NCBI GenBank assembly: GCA_034428575.1
Contig: DAOUHP010000114.1
Coordinates: 1 to 56,959 of the forward strand
Length of the DNA: 56,959 nucleotides
Reading direction: 5' to 3'
Source of the DNA: Dehalococcoidia bacterium
GTDB taxonomy: Bacteria; Chloroflexota; Dehalococcoidia; Lucifugimonadales; Australimonadaceae
Below are positions 19,570 to 29,170 of the stretch, in pieces. The position numbers and the translations under genes were made by a program. The notes beneath the pieces are model-generated. The model saw only the letters and a list, made by a program, of their open reading frames with translations, had not been told where the DNA came from and searched no databases. Within the stretch, counting starts at the first letter, position 1, and the number at the start of each line of letters is the position of its first letter.

Positions 19570-21788
19570 GCGTGTTCCCCGCGCGCATGCGTTACGTTGG
19601 GACCGTTGACGCCGTATCGCTTTGGGAGCGGTTCATCGGCGGCATCGGGCTCACGCTCACGCTCGTCGGGCTCGTCCTCCTCTCCGTTGTCATGCCGCTA
19701 CGGGAAGGTAACTGGGCGCCGGGGATGCCGTCGCCCCTGTTGATCGCAGTCATGGGCGGTGCGGCCGGGTGGGCCGTCTACCAGCTGGACTGGACGGTCC
19801 GACGCGTTGTCGTTAGCGGCGGCATCGCGGGAGCCTTGCTGACGGCATATGCCGGAGCGTCCACAGCGCCGGGGTTCCCGATCACCGTCCGCGCGTTCAA
19901 TGCCGCCAGGGACATCGTGCAGTGGGTGGCCGCCATCCCGACAGAGGAGACGCAGGCCGGGCTGATCGAGTTTTCCATGTTCCTCACGCTGGCGGTATGG
20001 CTGCTGTGCCTGTTCGGCGTCTGGTGGGCACTGCGCAGCGCGCACGGATGGACGACGGTGTTGTTCGGCGGTGTGATGCTCGCATTCGCCCTGTCCAACC
20101 TCCCGGGAGGCCTGGGATGGCGCCTTGGCCTCTTCATGGCGTCGGCCGTCATGCTCCTCATCCACCTCAACGCGGTGCGGCGCATAGAGGAGTGGCGGGG
20201 AAGACGAGCCGTATTCGACGCGCGAACGGTACTCGCGCAGTCCGGCATAGTACTCGCAGTGGGACTGCTCGTTACGGCAGCCGTCGCCGCTCTCCCTGCG
20301 CCTCCGGTTGCGCCCCTCGGGGCAGTCTCCCGCGCACTCGACGACACGACGCACCAGATCGGCGCGAACTTCAGCCGGATGTTCAGCGCCCTGCCGTCAC
20401 GCCGGGAATACAAGACGATAACTTTCGGTCAGGAGACCCACTTCCAGGGGAACCCGGAACTCACCGACACGCTGCTCTTCACTGTGCGAGGCCCCCGGAC
20501 ATACTGGCGGGCCCGCTCCTATGCCGTCTACACCGGCAGCGGATGGGAGACGGGAGACGACCCTGAGTACGTTCCGTTCGAGGATATTCCACGACCGGTC
20601 GACCGCCGGCGCGTACCCCAGACGAACGAGTTCCGCGTCGCCGCTGCGACCGATTCGCTCTTCACGGGCGGCCTGCCCGCTGCCTTCGACGAGCCCGCCG
20701 AGGCGTTGACCACGGCAACGTCCGCCCCCGGCCCCATCCAGGTGCGCTTCTCCACGGGACGGGAGTACTTCCCAACGCGAGTCAATGTCAGCTACGTGAG
20801 CACCGGGCTGGAGTCCATCGCGTTGCCGTTCGAGCTCCGCGGTGCGAGCGAGGAGTACCCCGAGTGGACGCAGGCGTATCTCCAGCTGCCGGAGACGCTG
20901 CCTGAGCGCGTACGCACGCTCGCGGAGGCGCTCACCGCCGACGCGGAGACGACCTACGACAAGGCGTTGAATATCCGCAATTTCCTCATCTCGATCCCCT
21001 ACAACCTGGACGTCGACGCTCCGCCGGACGACGCGGATGGCGTGGACCACTTCCTCTTCGAGTCCCAGCAGGGTTACTGTGACTACTACGCCTCTGCCGC
21101 AACGGTGTTGCTGAGGGCAGCAGGCATCCCCAGCCGCTACGTGCTCGGCTACGCCCCCGGGCGCTTCAACACGGCGTGGGGTGTCTACGAGGTGCTAGAG
21201 CTCAACTACCACGCCTGGGTTGAGGCGTACTTCCCCGAGTACGGTTGGATACGCTTCGAGCCCACTCCACCGGACGCCATCGAGTTCGGCGGCCAGGGCC
21301 TCGATTTCTCTCCGCTCCCGGAGGAAGAGATCGACCTCGGAGAGCTGGGCGAGATCCTGGAGGACGAGGAAGAAGACACCTTCGACGTAGACTTCACGCC
21401 GCGCACCGAGCTCCCAGGCTGGCTCGTCGCGCTGCTCGCTATCGCGGGTGCGATCGCGATCGCAGCGCCGGTCCTGCTATGGCGGGAGTGGTGGTGGAAG
21501 CTGGGTTCGCTTTCACGCTCCGACGAGTTGTTCGCCAAGATGTGCCGGCTCGGCGGGGCGCTCGGCCTGAGGAAGCGTCCGGAGCAAACACCGCTCGAGT
21601 ATGCGGCGATGCTGTCGGCAGCCATCCCCGAGCAGCGAGCGCAGGTCCTGCGCATCACGTGGGCATACGTGCTGGGACGCTACACGTCCCGCAGGGTCTC
21701 TCTCAGCGACCTGCGGCAGGCCGAATGGTCATGGAGCAGCCTGCGCTGGGCCATGATCAGACGCTTCTTCCGCGTGCGCCCCGCCTAG
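19566..21788 (+). CDS. Transglutaminase-like membrane protein
   Basis: ATGA overlap with the DUF58 gene. Multi-TM N-terminus, core motif [29 protein letters not shown], acidic low-complexity segment, and a C-terminal TM. Confidence 0.85.
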   Translation: MSVFPARMRYVGTVDAVSLWERFIGGIGLTLTLVGLVLLSVVMPLREGNWAPGMPSPLLIAVMGGAAGWAVYQLDWTVRRVVVSGGIAGALLTAYAGASTAPGFPITVRAFNAARDIVQWVAAIPTEETQAGLIEFSMFLTLAVWLLCLFGVWWALRSAHGWTTVLFGGVMLAFALSNLPGGLGWRLGLFMASAVMLLIHLNAVRRIEEWRGRRAVFDARTVLAQSGIVLAVGLLVTAAVAALPAPPVAPLGAVSRALDDTTHQIGANFSRMFSALPSRREYKTITFGQETHFQGNPELTDTLLFTVRGPRTYWRARSYAVYTGSGWETGDDPEYVPFEDIPRPVDRRRVPQTNEFRVAAATDSLFTGGLPAAFDEPAEALTTATSAPGPIQVRFSTGREYFPTRVNVSYVSTGLESIALPFELRGASEEYPEWTQAYLQLPETLPERVRTLAEALTADAETTYDKALNIRNFLISIPYNLDVDAPPDDADGVDHFLFESQQGYCDYYASAATVLLRAAGIPSRYVLGYAPGRFNTAWGVYEVLELNYHAWVEAYFPEYGWIRFEPTPPDAIEFGGQGLDFSPLPEEEIDLGELGEILEDEEEDTFDVDFTPRTELPGWLVALLAIAGAIAIAAPVLLWREWWWKLGSLSRSDELFAKMCRLGGALGLRKRPEQTPLEYAAMLSAAIPEQRAQVLRITWAYVLGRYTSRRVSLSDLRQAEWSWSSLRWAMIRRFFRVRPA

Positions 21789-21851
21789 AGGTAGTCTGCA
21801 CAAGTGCGCCCCTGCCCTTGTCGTGCGTGAGGCTGCTCCCACGCCTCAAGA

Positions 21852-21894
21852 CCCTCACCCCCATCCCAACCTTCCCCCCTCAAGGGGGAAGGGG
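21852..21894 (-). repeat. REP-like hairpin unit (ccttccccc-ctcaa-gggggaagg type) between convergent genes
   Basis: Reverse complement of the 2163/2350 unit type. 9-bp stem. Could act as a bidirectional terminator. Confidence 0.8.
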
Positions 21895-21911
21895 AACACT
21901 CGGAGGAACCC

Positions 21912-23180
21912 CTAGGTCTTCGCCGTCTCTCCGACGTACCAGGACTCGACGGCGTAGCGGATGTCGTCTTCCGCGCCGCTGATGCCGGCCTCCAGCGGAA
22001 TGAACTTGATCCGCGGAACCTTGTCCCTGCCCAGCGCCATGTGCTCCGTCGGAACGCTGATGGTCTCGGCCGCTTCCTTGCTGCGGAATACGTTCATGGG
22101 CTCTCCGCCGTCCGCGACGATCTGCATCTGCTCCGTCAGCAGCCTGCGGTAGAGGATGATGCCCACGTCCGATTTGCCAAGCCGCTCCATGTAGCGCTTG
22201 GCGACCGGCCCCTGCGTTTCCCAGGCCATCTTGTCCTGGTCCACCGTGAAGGTCGTGTCGTACCGGCCCGAGGCGTCGCGGTGAGGGACGTACTTGTAGG
22301 GCACCCGCTCCTGCTTCGGCACCGGTTGCCCGGGCGCGACGCGCCACGAGTAGTAGATGAAGTGCAGTGTGTGCTCGTCGTCTATCGGCACGCGATACTG
22401 GAGCGTCTTGGACTGGAACCCGCCCACGTACAGGATCTGCGGGAAGAGGATGGGGTGCCCTATCCTCCAGTCGTCGCTCTCCTTGGTGTAGCCCTCCAGC
22501 ACGCGGCGCTTGATGATGCCGTGGTCGAAGACGTCGAACCCTATCTCCTGGTGCGGGATGCGCGGCGGCATCGTGGCGATGAGGTCGGGCGAGATGGCTT
22601 GCTGGTAGTTGGTGTAGAACCGGTGCAGCCACTCAACGTGCACCGGGTCCAGCGAGTTCTCCATGCACTGGAGCCAGTTGCAGTCCAGCGTCGTGATGCC
22701 AACGTCGTGGACGGCGTCGTCCCACTGGAACGGGTCCCAGACCGGCAGGAACGGCGTGGGTTGCGGGCCCATGTAGGCGAAGAGCAAACCGCCCATCTCC
22801 TGCACCGGGTAGCCCGCGATCTTCACCTTCTCCTTGAACCGCCCGTCCGGGTGGACCGTCTCTTCGAACGGTTGCTCGATGCACTGGCCGGTCTCGTCCA
22901 TCATCCAGCCGTGGTACATGCAGCGCAGGCCGTGCTCCTCCGGGATGCCGTAGGAGAGGTCGACGCGGCGGTGCGGGCAGAAGCGTTCGATGAGCCCGTA
23001 GGTGCCGGACCTGTCCCTGTAGAGGACGAGGTCTTCGCCGAGGACGCGCAAGGCCTTGGTGGGACGGTCTTCGAGCTCCGCTGTTGCGGCGACGGGATGC
23101 CAGTATCGGCGCATCAACTCGCCCATCGGCGTCCCGGCCCCAACCTGTGTGAGGCGTTGGTTCTCCTGCTGGCTCAGCAT
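21912..23180 (-). CDS. Rieske [2Fe-2S] non-heme-iron oxygenase, alpha-subunit type
   Basis: Rieske motif CPHRRVDL...CMYHGW. AGGAGGAAG SD upstream of ATG 23180. Confidence 0.85.
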   Translation of the reverse strand: MLSQQENQRLTQVGAGTPMGELMRRYWHPVAATAELEDRPTKALRVLGEDLVLYRDRSGTYGLIERFCPHRRVDLSYGIPEEHGLRCMYHGWMMDETGQCIEQPFEETVHPDGRFKEKVKIAGYPVQEMGGLLFAYMGPQPTPFLPVWDPFQWDDAVHDVGITTLDCNWLQCMENSLDPVHVEWLHRFYTNYQQAISPDLIATMPPRIPHQEIGFDVFDHGIIKRRVLEGYTKESDDWRIGHPILFPQILYVGGFQSKTLQYRVPIDDEHTLHFIYYSWRVAPGQPVPKQERVPYKYVPHRDASGRYDTTFTVDQDKMAWETQGPVAKRYMERLGKSDVGIILYRRLLTEQMQIVADGGEPMNVFRSKEAAETISVPTEHMALGRDKVPRIKFIPLEAGISGAEDDIRYAVESWYVGETAKT

Positions 23181-23198
23181 GAAGCTTCCTCCTGTATT

Positions 23199-23233
23199 CC
23201 ACCCTCATCCCAACCCTCTCCCTGAAGGAGAGG
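23199..23233 (-). repeat. REP-like hairpin unit (cctctcc-ctgaa-ggagagg) in the Rieske gene 5' region
   Basis: Same tail (ccaccctcatcccaaccc) and stem family as the 2070-2467 array, in reverse orientation. Confidence 0.75.
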
Positions 23234-23280
23234 CGGAATAGTGGCCGGATGGCGGGATTGTAGCACCTGGGTGTTCGGCA

Positions 23281-23433
23281 CGACCAAGAATGCCAAGGGC
23301 GGCCGGAACTGGCATCCTTGGTCGATCATCTACGAGTAAACGGACATAGCCATTTGGCATCCTTGGCATCCTTGGTTTGAGGTGTTTACAAGGCCGTGGC
23401 CTGCTTCCCGCGACCAAGGATGCAAGGATGCCA
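23281..23433. repeat. Nested inverted repeats built from tggcatccttgg motifs
   Basis: IR1 is cgaccaagaatgcca (23281-95) / tggcatccttggtcg (23310-24). IR2 is tggcatccttggcatccttggt (23355-76) / cgaccaaggatgcaaggatgcca (23411-33), enclosing aggccgtggcct. Confidence 0.8.
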
Positions 23434-23579
23434 TCGAAAACGAAAGCTGTGCCGCGAGCGGGTGTGCATTCCGTTGCATCGCGCCGGCGCCGGGTGCCGC
23501 TTCGTTGTCATGGAACCATGGTAGTGAGGGATGTGTCATCCGCACAATGGGGCGGTGTCACAGTGGGCCGAGGCGGCGA

Positions 23580-24389
23580 CTACGGCTTGAAGGCGATGGC
23601 CTCGCCGAAGCAGATCGCCCCGACTGCGCCGGGATCGGCCTGCCAACTGTCGAGAGCGTCCTGGGCCGTCTCGAACTCCTCGTGGGTCGCCACCCCGTAC
23701 GTCGTGGCCTTCTCGATAACCGCGGGAGAGAGGAACCAGCCCGAGGCGAAGGAGTGGAAGAAAGCAACGTCCTCCACTGACCCGAAGAATTCGAATGAGG
23801 CGCCCGCCTGGATGCCGGTGAAACCTGCTTCGATGAAGACAGCCTTCAACTCCTTCCCCATCTGGGGATAGCCGCCATTGGCCGAGACGAGTTTCGCGAA
23901 GGTGACCCATGCATCCTTGGCGCCGAAGTCGGGCTCCAGGAACGACGACGCGATGATGGCCTCCCGGCTGGCGATCATGCCGCCGGGCTTGAGCACGCGC
24001 TTCACCTCCGCGAGCACCGCCTGCGTGTCAGGTGCGTGCATCAGCACCGCGTGACAGTGGGCGACGTCGAACGAATCGTCCTCGAAGGGCAGCGCGGTTA
24101 CGTCGCCGACGTGGAACGTCGCGTTGGCGTGTCCCCCCGCCACGGCAGCCGCCCGCGCCATGAGGACCTGCGATTCCTCCAAATCGATGCCGTGCAGCTC
24201 GCCGGGCTCAACAGCATGCGCCAGGCCCACGGAGATGGTGCCCGGTCCGCAGCCGAAGTCCAGCAGACGCATACCCGGCTTGAGGTGCGGAAGCAGGTAC
24301 GCGGCGTGGCTCTGCGCGCTGCGCCGGTGCAGCATCCGCAGAAACTCATCGCTGTAGCCCATCGTGTACTCAGGGGCCTGTTCGGTCAT
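23580..24389 (-). CDS. Class I SAM-dependent methyltransferase
   Basis: Motif I RLLDFGCGPG, DVAHCHAVLMH, LKPGG. Start set to ATG 24389 (MTEQAPEY) with a strong AAGGAGG SD. The track extension to 24587 overlaps alaX. Confidence 0.85.
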   Translation of the reverse strand: MTEQAPEYTMGYSDEFLRMLHRRSAQSHAAYLLPHLKPGMRLLDFGCGPGTISVGLAHAVEPGELHGIDLEESQVLMARAAAVAGGHANATFHVGDVTALPFEDDSFDVAHCHAVLMHAPDTQAVLAEVKRVLKPGGMIASREAIIASSFLEPDFGAKDAWVTFAKLVSANGGYPQMGKELKAVFIEAGFTGIQAGASFEFFGSVEDVAFFHSFASGWFLSPAVIEKATTYGVATHEEFETAQDALDSWQADPGAVGAICFGEAIAFKP

Positions 24390-24441
24390 CGGATCCTCCT
24401 TACAAGGGGTGTTGTCCCGCCATGCGCGCGGCTGCGGACGT

Positions 24442-24481
24442 GTGACCAGCCGGTCACCTGGATTCCCGTTTTCGCGGGAAT
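24442..24481 (-). terminator. Two tandem hairpins downstream of alaX (gtgacc-agcc-ggtcac; attcccg-N6-cgggaat)
   Basis: Read directly. The second hairpin belongs to a common cgggaat-type repeat. No clear U-tract. Confidence 0.35.
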
Positions 24482-24489
24482 GACGGGAA

Positions 24490-25206
24490 TCAGGCGTCCT
24501 CCACGGCGATGCGCAGGCGCTTGTTGATGCGGCCCTTGCTCTCGTGGCCCACGACGCGGATGCGGCCAACTTCCGACGTATCGGCAACGTGCGTGCCGCC
24601 GTCCGCCTGCACGTCCAGCCCCGCGATGTCGACGACGCGCACCTCGCTGATGCCTTCCGGCAGGAGGTTGATCTTCGTCCGGATCAAGTCCGGATGCGCC
24701 AGCGCCTCATCGCGCGGCAGGAAGCGCACACTGATCTCCCGCCCGAGGGCTATCTCCGCGTTCGCCAGCTCCTCGACGCGCTCCGCGAAGTCCGCGCTCA
24801 TGCTCTCCAGCTCGAAGTCCATCCGCGCGGCGAGCGGCGTCATGTTCCCGCCCGTGACGTGCGCGCCGAAGTCCCGCCAGATGACCCCGCACAGGATGTG
24901 CAGCGCCGTATGCGTCCGCATCAGTTGGTGCCGGTGCGTCCAGTTCAGTGTGGCCAGCACCGCCTCTCCCACGGCAGGCGCGGAGCCGTCCAATTCGTGC
25001 CAGATATCCCCGTCGCGGCGGCGCACACTGGCGACGCGCCGCTCGATGCCGCTCTCGCACGCCAGTATCCCAACGTCGCACGGCTGACCGCCGCCTCCAG
25101 GAAAGAACGCCGTGCGATCGAGCGTGATGGCATCACCGTCCGAGGCGGTCACCCGCGCATCGAATATGCGCGTGTAGGCATCGTGGTGGAAGATGGGCTC
25201 GGTCAT
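24490..25206 (-). CDS. alaX: Alanyl-tRNA editing protein (AlaX-M type)
   Basis: FFPGGGGQPCD and HTALHIL...H zinc-binding motifs of the Ala/Thr-tRNA synthetase editing (second additional) domain. Confidence 0.85.
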   Translation of the reverse strand: MTEPIFHHDAYTRIFDARVTASDGDAITLDRTAFFPGGGGQPCDVGILACESGIERRVASVRRRDGDIWHELDGSAPAVGEAVLATLNWTHRHQLMRTHTALHILCGVIWRDFGAHVTGGNMTPLAARMDFELESMSADFAERVEELANAEIALGREISVRFLPRDEALAHPDLIRTKINLLPEGISEVRVVDIAGLDVQADGGTHVADTSEVGRIRVVGHESKGRINKRLRIAVEDA

Positions 25207-25209
25207 CGC

Positions 25210-26556
25210 CTACCCTTCCGCCTGCGCCATCAGCCGCGCCACCTGCTCGACGTTCGAGGCCGAGTCCATTCCCCACACGGCACCGAGCAACTCTTCCACC
25301 TGGCTTGCCGGGAGCGCCTCGCCCGCAAGCGAGCGGTACTTCGCCTCCAGCGCCGAGTCGGTCATCGGGTTCTCCGGAGAACCCGTAGCGTGCTCCACGT
25401 AGATGGAGTGCACCACGCCGCTGTTGAGCGTGATGGAGAGACGCACCTCGTCCTCGCGCATAGCCTCGTCAACGACGGCGCTCACCCGCGAACGCACCGC
25501 GCTGATCACCGGGTCGGCGACGCGGGCGTCGGAGAACTGAGCGTCATGCCCGGCCCCGTCCACGAGCGCCGCGGCGGCGCAGTGCTGGAACGAGAACTTG
25601 CCCTCCAGCCCCCGCCTCGGTTCCGCGCGGTTCATCAGCTCGAGCACCAGTGGGTTGACCTCCGCATTGATGGACGCGACGTCCTCCGGCGCGATGCCGT
25701 GCTCGTTCCGCAGCGTGATCACGGCATCCTGTATCGGGTGCGAGACGACGCCGTTCGCGTATGGCTTCAGCCCGTTGTTCCCGAGCTCCCAGCGCTCGCC
25801 GATGCCGGAGAGCAGCGCCACCTCGTCGTGCCCGTTCGGGGACAACACCTCCCAGAAACCGCGGTGCCCGCCCAGGATGTCGTCGGCGCCCGTGAAGCCA
25901 TGCGCCGCGAGGGCGGCGGCCTGTAGTCCGTTGCTCGCCGCCTTCGCCGGGTGCATCGCCTTGGCCTGGCTCCCGAACACCTCCCGCACCCCCGCCGCGA
26001 ACGTCCCGGCGATGCCGATGGCCATGTTCATCTCGTCGGTGTCCAGCCCGAGCACCCTGCCGGCGCCGGCCGCGGCGCCGAACACGCCTGCCGTGCCCGT
26101 GATGTGCCAGCCCATGTCGTAGTGCCACGGGTGCACGGACATCGCAACGCGGCACGCCGTCTCGGCGCCCAGGACGAATGCAGCGAGCGCCTCCTTGCCG
26201 GACGCCCCGCGCTCCTCAGCGGCGGCCAGCACCGCGGGCCATACCGGCGCGGTGGGGTGCAGCACCGTGGGGAAGTGCGTGTCGTCGTAGTCCTGCAGGT
26301 GGGCGAGGAAGCCGTTGACCATCGCGGCGTTGAACGCGCTCGTGCGGAGCGTTGAGCCGACGACCGCCACGTTCGGCGCCGCGGCCTCCGCGCGCGCCCA
26401 GTCGATCAGCGCATGACTGCCGGAGTCGACCGAGGCGGACAGCGAGACCCCCAGGATGTTGATGAGCGTGCGTTTCGCCTCGTGCAGCGTCCACGGCGGG
26501 AGGTCCTCCGTGTTCGCGTTCGCGACGTAAGCGGCCAGGGATTGCGTGGCGGACAT
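25210..26556 (-). CDS. MmgE/PrpD family protein
   Basis: Full-length PrpD-like pattern (DYDDTH, GAAAGAGRVLGL...). Start set to ATG 26556 (MSATQS). Confidence 0.85.
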   Translation of the reverse strand: MSATQSLAAYVANANTEDLPPWTLHEAKRTLINILGVSLSASVDSGSHALIDWARAEAAAPNVAVVGSTLRTSAFNAAMVNGFLAHLQDYDDTHFPTVLHPTAPVWPAVLAAAEERGASGKEALAAFVLGAETACRVAMSVHPWHYDMGWHITGTAGVFGAAAGAGRVLGLDTDEMNMAIGIAGTFAAGVREVFGSQAKAMHPAKAASNGLQAAALAAHGFTGADDILGGHRGFWEVLSPNGHDEVALLSGIGERWELGNNGLKPYANGVVSHPIQDAVITLRNEHGIAPEDVASINAEVNPLVLELMNRAEPRRGLEGKFSFQHCAAAALVDGAGHDAQFSDARVADPVISAVRSRVSAVVDEAMREDEVRLSITLNSGVVHSIYVEHATGSPENPMTDSALEAKYRSLAGEALPASQVEELLGAVWGMDSASNVEQVARLMAQAEG

Positions 26557-26711
26557 GAGCGATGAGCCTCCGTGACAGGAATACGGAGGAGAGTATATCG
26601 GGTGCGGGCTCATGCGGTGGCCGGGGCGGAACTCTGCTCGCAGACGCGCGGCGGCCCCCCGGCCCTGAGGGGCCGGGAGGGGGCGCGTTCCGATGAAGGA
26701 GCCGGTTCGCT

Positions 26712-27203
26712 CTAGCGGGAGAGGCTGACCGCAGGCAGCAGGGCGCGCTGGCCTGCGTGGATCTCGTTCAGCATATTGGAGACGTGCTCTTCCAGCGTGC
26801 TGAGGCAGTCGCGGCTATAGTCGTCCGCGCCGTCGCGGCGCCGCTGCGCCTCCTGCTCCGCCAAACCGATGATCCGGTCCGCCTTGCTGTTGGCGTCCTG
26901 GATGATCTCTTCGCCGCGCTGCTGCGCGGCCTTCACCAGTTCCGTCTCGTCGACCAGCAGCCGGGCGTCGCCCTCGGCGGTGGAGCGGATGCGCCGCGCG
27001 TCGATCATCGTCTGGTTGACGATCTGCTCGCGCCGCTCGATCAGCTCCTGCGCCTCGTGGATGCTGCGCGGGACGGAGACGCGGAGGTGGTCGATCAGGG
27101 CCAGCATCTGCTCCGCATCCACCATGGAAAGGTTCGTCATCGGCATCTTCTTGGCCTGAGCCGTCATGCTTTCCAGCCTGTCCACCAGGTCCAGTAACTC
27201 CAT
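26712..27203 (-). CDS. Coiled-coil protein of unknown function (heptad-rich, ATP-synthase-b/DivIVA-like composition)
   Basis: 163-aa charged helical sequence downstream of coaD, with consistent codon usage. Confidence 0.65.
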   Translation of the reverse strand: MELLDLVDRLESMTAQAKKMPMTNLSMVDAEQMLALIDHLRVSVPRSIHEAQELIERREQIVNQTMIDARRIRSTAEGDARLLVDETELVKAAQQRGEEIIQDANSKADRIIGLAEQEAQRRRDGADDYSRDCLSTLEEHVSNMLNEIHAGQRALLPAVSLSR

Positions 27204-27237
27204 GATTCCCTCCTTGAAACCTCGCTCCTGGGTTGTC

Positions 27238-27717
27238 TTACTGTCCGAAGCGCTCCGCGAGCGCCGCTATCACGTTGTCCGGTGCAAGCCCTCGTATGTC
27301 GCCCCCGAGCCGCGCCACCTCCTTGAGCAGCGTTGCCCGTACGAACTGGTACCGTCCGTCCGTCATCAGGCAGACCACATCCACGTCGGGGGCGAGCTTC
27401 CGGTTCATCAGCGCCATCTCGAACTCGTACTCGAAGTCCGCGTGCATCCTGATGCCCCGCACGATGGCCGTTGCCTGCTGGGCCTGGGCGTAGTCCACAA
27501 CCAGGCCGCTGAAACTGCGCACCTCCACGTTCTGCAGCCCGGCGGCGGCTTCCTGTATCAGCCGCACCCGCTCCTCCGTCGTGAAGAGCGTCTGCCGTTC
27601 CGGCGCCTCGAAGACCGACATGATCACCCGCTCGAACAGGTACGAGGCCCGCTGGAGGATGTCCAGGTGTCCCGCGGTCACCGGGTCGAAACGGCCGGGG
27701 TAGATGGCGACAGTCAT
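27238..27717 (-). CDS. coaD: Phosphopantetheine adenylyltransferase
   Basis: MTVAIYPGRFDPVTAGHLDI signature. ATGA overlap with rsmD. Confidence 0.92.
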   Translation of the reverse strand: MTVAIYPGRFDPVTAGHLDILQRASYLFERVIMSVFEAPERQTLFTTEERVRLIQEAAAGLQNVEVRSFSGLVVDYAQAQQATAIVRGIRMHADFEYEFEMALMNRKLAPDVDVVCLMTDGRYQFVRATLLKEVARLGGDIRGLAPDNVIAALAERFGQ

Positions 27718-28301
27718 GCTGCTGCCTCCGTGTGGCTGTAGAACGCGAGGGACACGTCGCCGTAGCGCCGGTCGTCCCACTTCACAAGTGCGCCGCAGCG
27801 GTCGTCGGCAGCGGCACGACTGGAGTGGCCGCAGACCAGGATGCCCTCGTCCTTCAGCAACCCGGACTCACCGATGCGCGTGATGAGCGCGGTTGGGAAG
27901 GGCTTCGTGTACGGGGGGTCCATCAACAGGAAATCGCAGCGCCCCAGGCGGCCGAGCGCATCCTCCGCCCGCGCCATATGGACGTCCGCTCGTCCCGCGA
28001 ACCCCGCTGCCTGCAGGTTGGCCTTGATCACCGCTATCTGCCTCCGGTCTGCCTCGACGAAGCCGGAACGGGCCGCTCCCCGGCTGAGAGCCTCGATGCC
28101 CAGTGAGCCGGTCCCCGCGAAGAGGTCAGCCACGTAAGAGTCCTCCAGCCCGTACCGCGCGAGGATGTTGAACAATGCGGTCCGCACCCTGTCAGTGGTG
28201 GGCCTCACGCCGGGCGCCCTGGGCGAACTCAGTGGCACGCCTCTTGCCGTTCCACCCGTTATCCGCAGCGCCGCTCCCTCGTCCAGCAGCCTGTCTGCCA
28301 C
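27714..28301 (-). CDS. rsmD: 16S rRNA (guanine966-N2)-methyltransferase
   Basis: RPTTDRVRTALFNIL, DLFAGTGSLGIEALSRGA, DPPY motif. GTG start. Confidence 0.88.
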   Translation of the reverse strand: MADRLLDEGAALRITGGTARGVPLSSPRAPGVRPTTDRVRTALFNILARYGLEDSYVADLFAGTGSLGIEALSRGAARSGFVEADRRQIAVIKANLQAAGFAGRADVHMARAEDALGRLGRCDFLLMDPPYTKPFPTALITRIGESGLLKDEGILVCGHSSRAAADDRCGALVKWDDRRYGDVSLAFYSHTEAAA

Positions 28302-28412
28302 TTGAACTCTTGCACAGAGTCTAGACTTTGTTTGAATCTCTGTTCAATGAAACTAGCTCGCCGGTTAGCGGTGTTTCCCGCGGCGACGGCGCGACGCTGC
28401 TAACCTGTATCG

Positions 28413-29030
28413 ATGACCGAGCCGTTCCTCTTCCCGATAGACGCCGACCAGGTCCCCGCGGCAGCAGGCGTGATGGCCAACGCCTTCGCGGACGCCCCGC
28501 GCTTCAGGTTCCTCGTTCCGGACGATGCGCAGCGGCAGGCGAAACTGCGCTGGTTCTGGGGGGCAACCATCCGTGCCTGCGTCCTCTCCGGCGGGGTCGT
28601 CCACGTCGCCCGGGAGGAGCGCGGAGGCGACGTACGGGGCGTCGCAATCTGGGACCCTCCGGAACGGGGCCCGCACAGCGCCCTGACGCAGTTGCGGTCC
28701 GGCCTGTGCGCGGCGCCGGTCAGGCTTGGCATACCGGCCTGGCTGCGCAGGCGCGCCCTCGGCTCTGCGCTCGACGGGTTGGAGTCGCCTCACCCGTGCT
28801 GGTATCTGAACGCCATCGGCGTCGCCCCCTCAGCGCAGCGCGGAGGCGTGGGAAGCGCTCTCATCAACCGCATGCTCGCGCGTGCAGATGCCGATGCCCT
28901 GCCCGTCTTCCTCGACACGTCCGCCCCGGACAACCTCGGCTACTACGAGCGCTTCGGCTTCCGGGTCACAGCGGAGTCCACGCTGCCGAACGGCATCCCC
29001 CTCTGGGGCATGACCAGGCAACCTCGGTGA
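28413..29030 (+). CDS. GNAT family N-acetyltransferase
   Basis: Acetyl-CoA binding motif A region (GVAPSAQRGGVGSALI) and YERFGF near the C-terminus. Confidence 0.8.
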   Translation: MTEPFLFPIDADQVPAAAGVMANAFADAPRFRFLVPDDAQRQAKLRWFWGATIRACVLSGGVVHVAREERGGDVRGVAIWDPPERGPHSALTQLRSGLCAAPVRLGIPAWLRRRALGSALDGLESPHPCWYLNAIGVAPSAQRGGVGSALINRMLARADADALPVFLDTSAPDNLGYYERFGFRVTAESTLPNGIPLWGMTRQPR

Positions 29031-29063
29031 CCGGGTCGACTGCATCCGCCCTGGTCCCCTACG

Positions 29064-29092
29064 TTTACTTGGCCGCCGGCTGGGCGTAGAAT
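29064..29092 (+). promoter_or_regulatory. Candidate promoter TTTACT-17 nt-TAGAAT upstream of greA
   Basis: Hexamers and spacing read directly; about 80 nt upstream of the greA ATG. Confidence 0.35.
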
Positions 29093-29170
29093 AGGCACCG
29101 CCGAGCGCCCCGCAGCGAGAGAACTCTCGCGGATGCTCGGCATTCCCCAGACCCCTGATGAGGTGGCTCG

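Noticed and set aside
24544-25926. 460-aa plus-strand ORF
   Set aside because: It is antisense to the alaX and PrpD-family genes and is an Arg/His-rich artefact.
26658-26677. cccggccc-tgag-gggccggg hairpin downstream of the coiled-coil gene, as a terminator
   Set aside because: It is a plausible structure, but it has only an 8-bp stem in a uniformly GC-rich context and no U-tract on the relevant strand. That is too weak to list as a feature.
28302-28412. AT-richer divergent promoter region between rsmD and the GNAT gene (TTGCAC...TGAATC, TTGAAC...TAGACT)
   Set aside because: Several hexamer pairs are possible, but all have poor -10 boxes or a 14-nt spacer, so no single assignment is defensible.
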